Assembly (NCBI GenBank): GCA_041752695.1
Contig: JBGSVZ010000009.1
Location: forward strand, 76,984 to 140,983
DNA length: 64,000 nt
Direction of reading: 5' to 3'
DNA from: Terrimicrobiaceae bacterium
Lineage (GTDB): Bacteria > Verrucomicrobiota > Verrucomicrobiia > Chthoniobacterales > Terrimicrobiaceae
A model generated the notes under the pieces. That model saw only the letters and a list, made by a program, of their open reading frames with translations. It did no database searches and was not told where the DNA came from. The position numbers were made by a program, and so were the translations under genes. Positions 1 through 8,470 of this stretch are shown in pieces (the first letter of the stretch is position 1; each line of letters opens with the position of its first letter).

Positions 1-46
1 AGAGCGTTCCGAGGCAGACAGCGTTGAAGAGTGACCCGATATTCAT
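1..46 (-). CDS. Possible 5' end of a gene running off the left window edge (MNIGSLFNAVCLGTL...)
   Basis: ATG at 46-44 on the minus strand opens a stop-free frame to the edge. Only 15 codons are visible, so the product cannot be identified. Confidence 0.3.
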   Translation of the reverse strand, partial: MNIGSLFNAVCLGTL

Positions 47-294
47 GGCGCGGAGACTCTGGCAAGAATCCCGGAAACACAAATCCTTTTGCAACCGCCG
101 CCCTGTGCTGATCCGGTTGAAAATCTGCAACTCTTTGAGCCGGAATCTCTCACCCACTTTTTCCCGCCTTCATTTTTTCCGATCCATTCCGCCTGACTCC
201 GCAACGCACGCCACATCCGGGGCAACTGGGAAAAGCACGAAGGAACCGGTTTGTTCAATCTAGACCAAAAATCACCACGGCAGGGGATTCCGGC

Positions 295-352
295 GTTGGA
301 GTCCAGCCTTTAGGCTGCTCTGAAAGGCGCACGCTAAAGCGTGAACTCCAAC
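295..352. repeat. GGAG-type REP doublet, copy 1
   Basis: gttggagtccagcctttaggctg + 12-nt spacer + cacgctaaagcgtgaactccaac: two inverted 23-nt arms, each with its own hairpin. Same family as the elements flanking the RAYT. Confidence 0.9.
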
Positions 353-411
353 GCTTCGCCAAGGTTCAGTAACTTTTCCTTTATACGCCCCAAAAACGAA
401 GACGCAAAGCG

Positions 412-490
412 GCTCCCTCCCGCCTCAAAGGCCCCCTGAGGTGAGGGGGAGCGAGGTCCGGCTCTACGGCTTCGCCCGAACGGCAGACCT
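412..490. repeat. Two adjacent palindromes downstream of the VOC gene (possible terminator or REP-like elements)
   Basis: gctccctcccgcctca (412-427) pairs with tgaggtgagggggagc (437-452). aggtc...gacct (454-490) encloses a second hairpin overlapping the VOC stop codon. Confidence 0.5.
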
Positions 491-989
491 AATCTTCCCT
501 TTTGTCCAAGAGAGGCTGATCCTTCCTGGGATCGGAGCCGAGCCAGAGAATATTTCCGTCAATGTCCTCAAACTTCATCTCATAGGCCCAGGTGTAATTC
601 CGCGGCTCCTGAAAGACTTTGACCCCTTTGGAGCGGTAGAGCTCGAAGAGCGCCACATCCGCGCCCATCCAAACCCAGGCCGGGGACCCGATTTTGTCCG
701 TCTGCGAGAGCATGATGGGACGATTATCGCGGGACACCGAGCAAATCGTGTCCCCCTTGGCACCGCCCCAATCGAGCTTGAAACCAAGGGTCTCCCTATA
801 AAACGTAATGCTGCGCTGAAGATCGCGCACGGGCAAGACGGGAATGGTGTTTCCAATTTTGGGTGCCGGAGTCATGGTGTCTTTCTGGGAGTTGGGAGGA
901 TTGTCCGCAAGCCCAGTTGAAGAAAAAAGCCCCAAAATGCCGAGGGCCATTCGCAGGATGAGAGGCTTCATATTTTTAAAAGTGATCAC
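489..989 (-). CDS. VOC/glyoxalase-bleomycin resistance family protein, possibly with signal peptide
   Basis: IPVLPVRDLQRSITFYRETLGF and WAYEMKFEDIDGNILWLG are typical VOC motifs; hydrophobic N-terminus. Confidence 0.85.
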   Translation of the reverse strand: MITFKNMKPLILRMALGILGLFSSTGLADNPPNSQKDTMTPAPKIGNTIPVLPVRDLQRSITFYRETLGFKLDWGGAKGDTICSVSRDNRPIMLSQTDKIGSPAWVWMGADVALFELYRSKGVKVFQEPRNYTWAYEMKFEDIDGNILWLGSDPRKDQPLLDKRED

Positions 990-1343
990 GAGAGTCCGGG
1001 CATCGAGCCCTTTCCTATTTTATTCGTGGCGCTCTCGGCATCCTCAGACTTTCCCATTTTCCTTCGTCCTTCAAAACCTTTTCGCACACATGCACGGACT
1101 ACTTCAATTTTATGGTTCGGGAACGCAGATGTCAGCAATCCTACGAACCACTTCCTTCACTGCGTCATAATAGTCTTTGACTCGAATGTAGGTATCCGAG
1201 TCTATCCACCCATTTTTGGGTGATAACCGAAAAAAGTCCGGAACGCGGCGAAGGTTTGACTTCCTCATTTGACCGGAAAGTTGGGGGTAAACGTGGGGAA
1301 AGTCGAGCCCGACGGACGGGCGGCTCTTCCTCGGCGAGGCTCG

Positions 1344-1395
1344 GGAGTTTCCAGCCTAACGGCCTTTCCGAGCAGCCTAAAGGCTGAACTCCAAC
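1344..1395. repeat. GGAG-type REP doublet, copy 2 (left arm degenerate)
   Basis: ggagtttccagcctaacggcc...cagcctaaaggctgaactccaac; the right arm is an intact family member. Confidence 0.8.
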
Positions 1396-1431
1396 GGTCG
1401 ACCTCCGCTCCTTGACCAACTGCGCTTCGTC

Positions 1432-1541
1432 CCAGCGTTTGACTTCGGCGGCGGCGAGGCGGGTTTCGACGCCGAGATTTTCGAGGATGGGGCGACGTGG
1501 TTGTCCACGGTGCGAAAGTGGCAGGCGAGGATGATGAGCAA
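1432..1541 (-). pseudogene. Frameshifted remnant of a LuxR/NarL-type C-terminal HTH domain
   Basis: One frame reads LLIILACHFRTVDNHVA. After a 1-nt shift at ~1490 another frame continues ILENLGVETRLAAAEVKRW. Together they match the LuxR HTH pattern RTVxxHxxxIxxKLGVxxR. Confidence 0.65.
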
Positions 1542-1632
1542 CGAGGAACCTGGACCTGCGAGATGGACGGAGCCCCTGGGCTCCGATCAGCAACTACTGT
1601 CACTCCCCACGAAGGCTCCCCGCAACGAACGA

Positions 1633-1887
1633 TCAGCCCGCGTTGGACGGGGAAAGACGGTCGTGTTCTTCGGGTTCGACATCCGGAACCTTGGCAAGCA
1701 CGCGGTCAAATTTTTCGCGACTGCCGCGCGCGGCGCGTTCCCGAATATAGCCTTCCGCATCCAAAACCGCGACCTTCTCGGCCAGCGCCGATGCAATGAA
1801 TTGGTCGAGCGGAACGCCGTCATCCTGCGCGAGAGACTGCGCCCGGCGATGGAGCGATTCAGGAATGTTCACGTTCAGCGTGCTCAT
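1633..1887 (-). CDS. Ribbon-helix-helix antitoxin (HicB/CopG-like) of a PIN toxin-antitoxin pair
   Basis: MSTLNVNIPESLHRRAQSLAQDDGVPLDQFIASALAEKV is an RHH pattern; ATGA overlap with the upstream PIN gene. Confidence 0.85.
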   Translation of the reverse strand: MSTLNVNIPESLHRRAQSLAQDDGVPLDQFIASALAEKVAVLDAEGYIRERAARGSREKFDRVLAKVPDVEPEEHDRLSPSNAG

Positions 1888-2300
1888 GATGTTGAGAGAA
1901 TACCCAAAAACTCGTCCGGTGTCACCGCCCGAATTCCGAGAGCCTCCGCGCGCCGAAAGTGGCGAATGTTTTGGGTGATGATAAAGGCCGCACCGCCCGC
2001 CAACGCCAGTTCAAGCACGGAATCATCTTTCGGGTCGGGTAAATAAGGTCGCCAGAGAAAGTGAATGCGGCACTCGATGCACTGCGACAGGAGATAGTCG
2101 AGGAAGTCACCAATGTCGTTCGAGGAATAGTTCAAAAGCAATCCAGGGCGGCACAAGACATCCTCGTACTCCAGGCAGAGCGGCGGGGAAATGACGGGCT
2201 GAAAGTGCGGAGAACCAAGACTCTGAACGAGACGAAAGGAGGCCCCTCGCCGAGGTCGCAGCGAGTAGAGCAGGACGTTGGTATCTATCACAACTCGCAT
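1884..2300 (-). CDS. PIN-domain putative toxin
   Basis: VVIDTNVL, EYEDVL, DPKDDSVLELALAG and TQNIRHF give the PIN acidic motif set. ATG start placed at 2300 (ORF track extends to 2309). Confidence 0.9.
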   Translation of the reverse strand: MRVVIDTNVLLYSLRPRRGASFRLVQSLGSPHFQPVISPPLCLEYEDVLCRPGLLLNYSSNDIGDFLDYLLSQCIECRIHFLWRPYLPDPKDDSVLELALAGGAAFIITQNIRHFRRAEALGIRAVTPDEFLGILSTS

Positions 2301-2388
2301 GGTCGGCAAATGGTTGGCTTTCCTATGTTGGACCGCCGGAAAGGCGGGTACGGAGTAGGGTCAGACTGATTTCCGGCCGGGGCGGAAC

Positions 2389-3582
2389 TTACAAATCTTC
2401 GGGTTTATTAAACAACTCCGCAATGCGACGGAGCAAACGCCCGGCGGCGCCGCCGTCGAGGACGCGGTGGTCGAAACTTAGGGTCAGCGAGGCTTCGGTA
2501 ATGGGGACAAAGGCTTTCTCCGTCGCGTCCCAGTGGGGCACGATCTGGCCCGCGCCCATGCCAAGGAGGAGGGTTTGTTCGGGCAGCGGAATGGGAGTGG
2601 CCATGGTGAGGCCGAAGACGCCGTAATTCGTGATCGTCGCGATGGAGCCGCCGGTGTCGCCCGGCGAAAGGCGGCGGCGGCGGGCGAGTTCGACGAGGCG
2701 GTCGTACCGTTCGATGAGATCGGCGAGGACAAATTGGTCGGCGTTGCGAATGACGGGGACCAAAACTCCGTCGTCAGCTTCGACGGCAAAGCCGATATCG
2801 ATGGAGCGCGGGTGAATGATGCGGTCGCCGATGAGGCGGCCGGCGGGGGCGCTGTTTTCCGAAAGGGCCATGGCGAGGGCGCGCAGACCGTAAAGGGCGG
2901 GGCCGGCTTTGTGCGGGGCCTGAGCGCGGCGGTGGGCCAGCATAGCGTCGAGGCGCACGGGAAGAACGACGGTGGCGAGCGGACGGGTCGCGCTGCGGCG
3001 CATGGCGTCAGCCACGGCCACACGCATGGTGGAGGCCGGAGTGATGCGATTGCGTTCGAGGTCTTCGAGAAATTTTTCGAGGTCCTCGATGGTAACCCTT
3101 CCGGCGGCTCCGCTGCCGGCGATGCCGGCGAGATCGGCGGCGTGGAGGCCGAGTTCGCTCATGCGCGCTTTCATACGCGGGGAAAGGTAACTCGCGCCGG
3201 CGGCGTGGGCGGGCACAGGGAGGCCTTTGACGGTGGGCTCGACCTGCTGCGGCGCGGCGGGGGCGGCGTGGCGTTTGGGTTCCTTTTTGCGGGGTTTTTC
3301 GACGGGAGTTTCGTCGAGACCGAGGCTGCGGGCGTCCTCATCGCTCACTTCAATGTAGCCGAGCACCGCGCCGACGGGGTAGCTCTCGCCTTCCTTGGCG
3401 AGGATCTCACAAAGTTTGCCCGCGCAGGGAGAGGTGACGCCCATCACGGCTTTGTTGGTCTCGACTTCGAGGAGGTCCTTGTCGGCCTCAATGGTATCTC
3501 CTTCCGCAAAAAGGAACTTCACAATTGTCGCCTCGGCGATGGATTCGCCGAGCTGGGGCATCGAAATGGGGACCTGGGCCAT
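2389..3582 (-). CDS. 2-oxoacid dehydrogenase E2, dihydrolipoamide acyltransferase
   Basis: Lipoyl domain MPQLGESIAEATI...EVETNKA, E3-binding motif GSGAAGRVTIEDL, catalytic SFDHRVLDG. Start reset to ATG 3582. Confidence 0.92.
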   Translation of the reverse strand: MAQVPISMPQLGESIAEATIVKFLFAEGDTIEADKDLLEVETNKAVMGVTSPCAGKLCEILAKEGESYPVGAVLGYIEVSDEDARSLGLDETPVEKPRKKEPKRHAAPAAPQQVEPTVKGLPVPAHAAGASYLSPRMKARMSELGLHAADLAGIAGSGAAGRVTIEDLEKFLEDLERNRITPASTMRVAVADAMRRSATRPLATVVLPVRLDAMLAHRRAQAPHKAGPALYGLRALAMALSENSAPAGRLIGDRIIHPRSIDIGFAVEADDGVLVPVIRNADQFVLADLIERYDRLVELARRRRLSPGDTGGSIATITNYGVFGLTMATPIPLPEQTLLLGMGAGQIVPHWDATEKAFVPITEASLTLSFDHRVLDGGAAGRLLRRIAELFNKPEDL

Positions 3583-3614
3583 GGGAAGTAAAAGTGAAGG
3601 TGAACGTGGAGCGG

Positions 3615-4577
3615 TTAGGCTTGGAGGAGGCTGCGCGTGGCGGTGACGATGGCGCTGGCGGTCGGCCGGTGGGCCGACCAGAGATCGGGGTGATAAGGCA
3701 CGGGAGTGTCCTTGGCATTGAGGCGCTGCGGCGGGGCGTCGAGCAAAGCAAATCCCTCCGCGCAAACCCGCGCAACCACTTCGGCGGCAACCCCACCCCA
3801 CGGCCAGGCTTCGCTCACGCAGAGCAGGCGGCCGGTGCGGGCCACGGAGGCCAGGATGGTGTCGGTGTCGAGGGGTTTCACCGTGCGCAGGTCGATGACT
3901 TCGATTTCGTAACCGTCCTCCACCAGCTCTTTGGCGGCGAGGAGGGACTCGTGGACCATCGCGCCATAACTCACAATGGTGGCGTCACGGCCATGGCGGG
4001 CCACGCGGGCCTTGCCGGCCGGGAGGGACTCGGTGGGGAGTTTTTCCGCCTTGAGGTGGTTGTAAAGGAGCTTGTGCTCGCAGAAGAGCACAGGGTCGTC
4101 GATGGCGACGGCCTCAATCAGCATGCTGTAGGCGTCTTCCACGGTGGCGGGGGTCATGACGATGAGCCCGGGATAGGTGGCGTAGAGGGCCTCCATACTC
4201 TGGCTGTGAAACGGACCCGCGCCGGCTGTGCCGCCGGAGGGCAGGCGCACGACGATGGGACACGGAACCTCTGTGCGGTAAAAGAGCGTGGCGGCCTGGT
4301 TGACGATCTGGTTGAGCCCGCAGGTGGAAAAATCGGCAAACTGCATCTCGACAATGGGCCGCATGCCTTCAATGGCGGCGCCGATGGCCACACCGACAAT
4401 CGCGTCCTCGCTGATGGGTGCGTCAAGGACGCGGTCGGGATAAGCGGCGGCAAGGCCCTCGGTGACCTTAAAAGCGCCCCCGAAGGAGCCGACGTCCTGC
4501 CCGTAAATAAAAACCCGGGGGTCATCGGCCAGGAGTTTGGCCATGGCGGCCGTGAGAGCTTCCTTGTAGGTGATCAT
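3615..4577 (-). CDS. 2-oxoacid dehydrogenase E1 beta subunit
   Basis: GQDVG, DAPISE, EMQFADF, GPFHSQ and IDLRTVKPLD motifs. Confidence 0.95.
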   Translation of the reverse strand: MITYKEALTAAMAKLLADDPRVFIYGQDVGSFGGAFKVTEGLAAAYPDRVLDAPISEDAIVGVAIGAAIEGMRPIVEMQFADFSTCGLNQIVNQAATLFYRTEVPCPIVVRLPSGGTAGAGPFHSQSMEALYATYPGLIVMTPATVEDAYSMLIEAVAIDDPVLFCEHKLLYNHLKAEKLPTESLPAGKARVARHGRDATIVSYGAMVHESLLAAKELVEDGYEIEVIDLRTVKPLDTDTILASVARTGRLLCVSEAWPWGGVAAEVVARVCAEGFALLDAPPQRLNAKDTPVPYHPDLWSAHRPTASAIVTATRSLLQA

Positions 4578-5590
4578 GCGTCGGCAAAATTATCCTGGAG
4601 CCTCGTCTCGGAAATGGCGCACCATTCTTCCTCGTTAGGGTCGGGGGTGGGTTCGCGCCGCACTTTCATGGCGGTTTCGTCCACCTCTTCCTTCGCCTCC
4701 GTTCGCCAGGCGGCGATCTCATCGGCAGTCGCCCAGGTTTCTTCGAGGATAAATTCCTCGGCCACCTGGAGGCAGTCGCGTCCGACCGGGGCGGCCTTGA
4801 GTTTTTCGTCCATGTATTTGCCCGGGTCGTGTTCGGCATGGCCGACGAGACGCAGGAGGTCCCCGATAATCATCTGCGGGCCGCCGCCTTCGCGCGCGGC
4901 TTTGATCGCGCCGCCCACGACGGACAGGCACGCGCCAAGATCGGTTCCATCCACGCGGTGACCGGCGACGCCGTAGCCGGCCGCCTTGTCGAGCAGGTCG
5001 GCGCAGGCAAACTGGCGCGTGTTCGGCGTGGAGTAGGCGTATTGGTTGTTGGCGATGACCAGGACGAGGGGAAGTTTTTCCACCGCGGCGACATTGAGGC
5101 CCTCGTGAAATGCCCCGGTTGAAGTGCCCCCGTCGCCGATGCAGGTGGCTCCGACCACGCCGGTTTCGCCCCGCATGCGGCGGGCCATGAGGGCGCCGGC
5201 GACGACGGGGATCATAGCGCCAAGGTGGCTAATCATGGCGTAATACCCCTCGCGCGGACGGCCCCGGTGGATATTGCCGTCGCGGCCGCGCATCGAGCCG
5301 AGTTGGGATCCGAGATAGGTGCGCAGGGTGTCGAGGACGGTGTCGCCAAAGGCCATGCGTCCGGCCTGGTCGCGGATGAGCGGCGCAAAAATATCGCCCT
5401 TGTGCAAATGAAAGCCCACCGAGGTGCTGAGGGCCTCCTGACCACGGCCCAGGAAGACGCCGCCAGTGATCAGGCCGGCGCGATAGAGGCTGGCGAGTTT
5501 TTCCTCAAGAGTCCGGGCGAGGAGCATCACCCGGAAGGCTTTCAAGTATTCGGTGCGTGTGGGGCCGGAGGACCGGCTGGCGGAAGACAT
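4574..5590 (-). CDS. 2-oxoacid dehydrogenase E1 alpha subunit (TPP-dependent)
   Basis: GRGQEA, TPP motif GDGGTSTGAFHEGLN...NNQYA and GHAEHD. Probable ATG at 5590; ATGA overlap with E1 beta. Confidence 0.93.
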   Translation of the reverse strand: MSSASRSSGPTRTEYLKAFRVMLLARTLEEKLASLYRAGLITGGVFLGRGQEALSTSVGFHLHKGDIFAPLIRDQAGRMAFGDTVLDTLRTYLGSQLGSMRGRDGNIHRGRPREGYYAMISHLGAMIPVVAGALMARRMRGETGVVGATCIGDGGTSTGAFHEGLNVAAVEKLPLVLVIANNQYAYSTPNTRQFACADLLDKAAGYGVAGHRVDGTDLGACLSVVGGAIKAAREGGGPQMIIGDLLRLVGHAEHDPGKYMDEKLKAAPVGRDCLQVAEEFILEETWATADEIAAWRTEAKEEVDETAMKVRREPTPDPNEEEWCAISETRLQDNFADA

Positions 5591-5644
5591 TGCTCTAGAA
5601 ATACGGGAGCGCCGCGGGCGCTGCAATTCTTTCGTGCAAGGAGC

Positions 5645-6001
5645 TCAATGGGTCGGGATGACCTTGAAGAGCATAAACACGATGACGCCCAGCACAATCA
5701 GCCAGCCAAAAGTCTTGAGCTGGGTGATCCAGCGCTCACGACGCGGCGTGCGCAGGGTACGGTTGCGGGGCGCACGGCCGCGTTTGCCTCCGCTGCGACC
5801 GACATAGGGCGAGATGGCAGGACCGGCGTTGGTGGCCTGACGTTTACGCTGCTCGGCTTCCTGTTCGGCCAGCACGGCAGGCAGGCGCTCCAGGCGGACC
5901 TTGAGTTCCTGTTGTTTGCGCAAGAGTTCATTGCGCTGTTGTTCGAGCAGGCGTTCTTCGGCGGAAATGCGACCCGCTTTGGAACCGGACGGTCTGGCCA
6001 T
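5645..6001 (-). CDS. Hypothetical protein, coiled coil plus C-terminal TM helix
   Basis: 118-aa ORF with E/Q/R-rich coil and C-terminal FGWLIVLGVIVFMLF; directly follows the 6003-6620 gene. Confidence 0.75.
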   Translation of the reverse strand: MARPSGSKAGRISAEERLLEQQRNELLRKQQELKVRLERLPAVLAEQEAEQRKRQATNAGPAISPYVGRSGGKRGRAPRNRTLRTPRRERWITQLKTFGWLIVLGVIVFMLFKVIPTH

Positions 6002-6002
6002 G

Positions 6003-6620
6003 TTATCGAGGCGCCAGGGAAAGCGCCCAAATCACCAAGCCGATGATCACGAGAATCTGCAGCGGGAGAGTGAAGGCAAACCCGCTTTTCAGCCAATAGA
6101 CAAATCCATGTTCCTCGGCGTAGCCATATTCGGAATCGTAGGAAGCGGGCGCGGCGGCGGGTGCGGATTCCGAAGGGGAAGCCACGGAAATCTTCGCCTG
6201 GGCCTTGCTGTAGTCGGCCCGGGCGTCCTCGACCAGGCTGAGGGCCTTGCTGAGTTCCATGGGAAGTTCCGCCGTGCCCCAGAGTTTGGGATTGATGGAA
6301 TCGACGTGGCGCAAGTGCTGGACGAACGAATTGTGAATGGCGTTGAGCTGCTCGAGGCGTTTCTGAGCTTCGTCGGTCTCGCGCTCCACCGTGACCATCG
6401 AGCGGGTGAGCTTGTCGAGCATGTCGGCGCGCCCGTTTTCCAACTCATCCTGGCGACGCTTCAGTTCTTCGAGACGAACCTTCTGTTTTTCGATATCCTC
6501 AAGCTGCCGCTTGAGCTTTTCCAACTCCGTGTTGGTCTTCTGGACCTCCTCACCGAGATCCTCGGCATTTTCCTCCAAATCGAGGTAGGGGTCCGGGTCT
6601 TTGCGTAAATCCGATGGCAT
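6003..6620 (-). CDS. Hypothetical coiled-coil protein with C-terminal membrane anchor
   Basis: Long heptad-like E/K/L region and C-terminal LPLQILVIIGLVIWAL; ATG at 6620. Confidence 0.8.
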   Translation of the reverse strand: MPSDLRKDPDPYLDLEENAEDLGEEVQKTNTELEKLKRQLEDIEKQKVRLEELKRRQDELENGRADMLDKLTRSMVTVERETDEAQKRLEQLNAIHNSFVQHLRHVDSINPKLWGTAELPMELSKALSLVEDARADYSKAQAKISVASPSESAPAAAPASYDSEYGYAEEHGFVYWLKSGFAFTLPLQILVIIGLVIWALSLAPR

Positions 6621-6693
6621 AACAGTCGAGCGCTGAGGAATATCTAATTCGCCCAAAGGAAAATTCCAGCATTAAACTGCGCGCTGCGCGCGA

Positions 6694-6797
6694 AACTCTG
6701 AACGCCGAACGCTCAAAGCTGAATTCTGAAGTGGGGAAGGAACGTCGCCCGTCCAACTTGGGCGTTCAACGTTCGACGTTCAGCGTTCGACGTTTGA
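6694..6797. repeat. Inverted pair of degenerate heptamer tandem arrays
   Basis: aactctg aacgccg aacgctc aaagctg aattctg (6694-6728) faces cgttcaa cgttcga cgttcag cgttcga cgtttga (6763-6797), which has the reverse-complement period. Confidence 0.8.
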
Positions 6798-6808
6798 GCG
6801 CGCCGCGC

Positions 6809-7978
6809 TCACCGCCCCGGCATCACTTCCACCAGGAGGCCCTTGAGATAGAAGGTTTCCGGCAGATGGAGCACGGCGGGATGGTCCGATGCCTGACCCA
6901 TCCGTTTGAGAATGCGGGCGGAGCGTTTGGCGTCGCCGAATCCCTCGGCAATTGAGGATTCAAATTCGTCCGCGGCCACATGGTGGGAGCAGGAAAACGT
7001 GGCCAGCAGCCCATGCGGGGCAAGCAAGCGGGCAGCGCGCATGTGCAACTCGCGGTACCCGCGCAGGGCATCCTTGATTTTCCCCCGCGCCTTGGTGAAG
7101 GACGGCGGATCGAGGATGATCAGGTCGTATTGGGTCTCCCGGCGCATTTGTTCCGCCAGGAAGGAAAACACATCCTCCTCCACGGTTTCGATGGCGAGGC
7201 AGTTGAGCGCGGCGTTGTCGCGGAGCTTCTGCGCGCTATCCGCGCCGCTCTCCACCGCCACCACGTGGGAAGCCCCTTTCGCCGCGCAGGCGAGCGCGAA
7301 TCCGCCCTGATTGGCAAAACAATCCAGCACCCGCAGACCCGCGGCCCGGGCGGCCACGATGGAATAGTTTTCCGCCTGATCGAGATACAAACCGGTCTTT
7401 TGGCCGCGCAAAAAATCCACCGAAAACCGGATGCCGTCCAAGGTCACTTCCCGAGGTCCAGGGTCCTCACCCGCCAACATGCCTGTCACGAGAGGCAACC
7501 CCTCCAGCGTCCGGATGGGAGCATCGTTGCGCTCCACCACATGGGCGACACCGGGTAAAGCCGCCAGCGCCTCCGCGATCACCGCCTTCCGCTGATCCAT
7601 CGCGACGGTCAGGGTCTGCAATACCGCCACGTCGCCGTAGCGGTCCACGACCACACCGGGCACGCCGTCGGCCTCACTCCAAACGAGGCGGCAGAGGAGG
7701 GGATTGCAGCCGGCCCGTTCCCGCCACTCCGCCGCCTGGGCGATGCGGCGGGTGAAAAAATCCGCGTCGAGGTCCTGACGCCGTCGCGAGAACCGGCGCG
7801 CGACAATTTGCGACTGGCTATTGTAGATTGCTGATCCCAGCAGCTTGTCCCGCCCGTCTTTCAGCGAAATCACATCGCCATCGGCGGGGTTGCCGAAAAC
7901 CTTCAGCACCTCACTGGAATACACCCAGTCGTGCCCGTGGAGGATACGGGCGCGTGGACGAATGATTAGACCGGCCAT
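6809..7978 (-). CDS. rlmI: RlmI-family SAM-dependent 23S rRNA m5C methyltransferase
   Basis: PUA-like N-terminus GHDWVYSSE, SEADGVPGVVVDRYG, GQKTGLYLDQ, LDPPSF, FSCS and ETFYLKG. Confidence 0.85.
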   Translation of the reverse strand: MAGLIIRPRARILHGHDWVYSSEVLKVFGNPADGDVISLKDGRDKLLGSAIYNSQSQIVARRFSRRRQDLDADFFTRRIAQAAEWRERAGCNPLLCRLVWSEADGVPGVVVDRYGDVAVLQTLTVAMDQRKAVIAEALAALPGVAHVVERNDAPIRTLEGLPLVTGMLAGEDPGPREVTLDGIRFSVDFLRGQKTGLYLDQAENYSIVAARAAGLRVLDCFANQGGFALACAAKGASHVVAVESGADSAQKLRDNAALNCLAIETVEEDVFSFLAEQMRRETQYDLIILDPPSFTKARGKIKDALRGYRELHMRAARLLAPHGLLATFSCSHHVAADEFESSIAEGFGDAKRSARILKRMGQASDHPAVLHLPETFYLKGLLVEVMPGR

Positions 7979-7990
7979 AACGAGAGCTGG

Positions 7991-8031
7991 AAACGAAACG
8001 TCCCGCGTCCGGCGACTGCCGGACCGGGACG
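7991..8031 (-). terminator. Probable intrinsic terminator after acpP
   Basis: Minus strand: cgtcccggtccggc-agtc-gccggacgcgggacg followed by tttcgttt. Confidence 0.6.
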
Positions 8032-8057
8032 CAAACTTTTAAGAAGGGAAGCCGGAA

Positions 8058-8303
8058 TTACTTCTGGCTGCGCTCTTCGATGTATTTGATGACATCGCCG
8101 ACGGACTGCAATTTTTCGGCGTCTTCATCGGGAACTTCCACACCGAACTCTTCTTCGAAAGCCATAACGAGCTCGACGGTGTCGAGGGAGTCGGCTCCGA
8201 GGTCCTCGATGAACGAGGCGGTCGGGGTGACCTGTTCAGGGTTCACACCCAATTGTTCGACGATGATGTCTTTGACTTTTTCTTCAATGGATTTTTCGGA
8301 CAT
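8058..8303 (-). CDS. acpP: Acyl carrier protein
   Basis: [20 protein letters not shown] phosphopantetheine motif; true start ATG 8303 ([11 protein letters not shown]). Confidence 0.98.
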   Translation of the reverse strand: MSEKSIEEKVKDIIVEQLGVNPEQVTPTASFIEDLGADSLDTVELVMAFEEEFGVEVPDEDAEKLQSVGDVIKYIEERSQK

Positions 8304-8470
8304 GGTGGGTAGTTGGTTAAAGGTGAGCGTAGGACTAGAGCCCATGTTGCCCTTTGGCAACAAATAATTTAGCGGGCTGCGAGGGCTCGCAAAATTGCGG
8401 ATTTCTGGTCAAGGTCAAGTGGAAAAAAGCGGATCGCGCGCCGAGCCTTTCGCGGATGTATCGCGGGCGA

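Noticed and set aside
8320..8365. tRNA gene upstream of acpP
   Set aside because: Only a degenerate T-arm-like segment (no GTTCRA) and no D or anticodon arms; kept only as a candidate leader structure.
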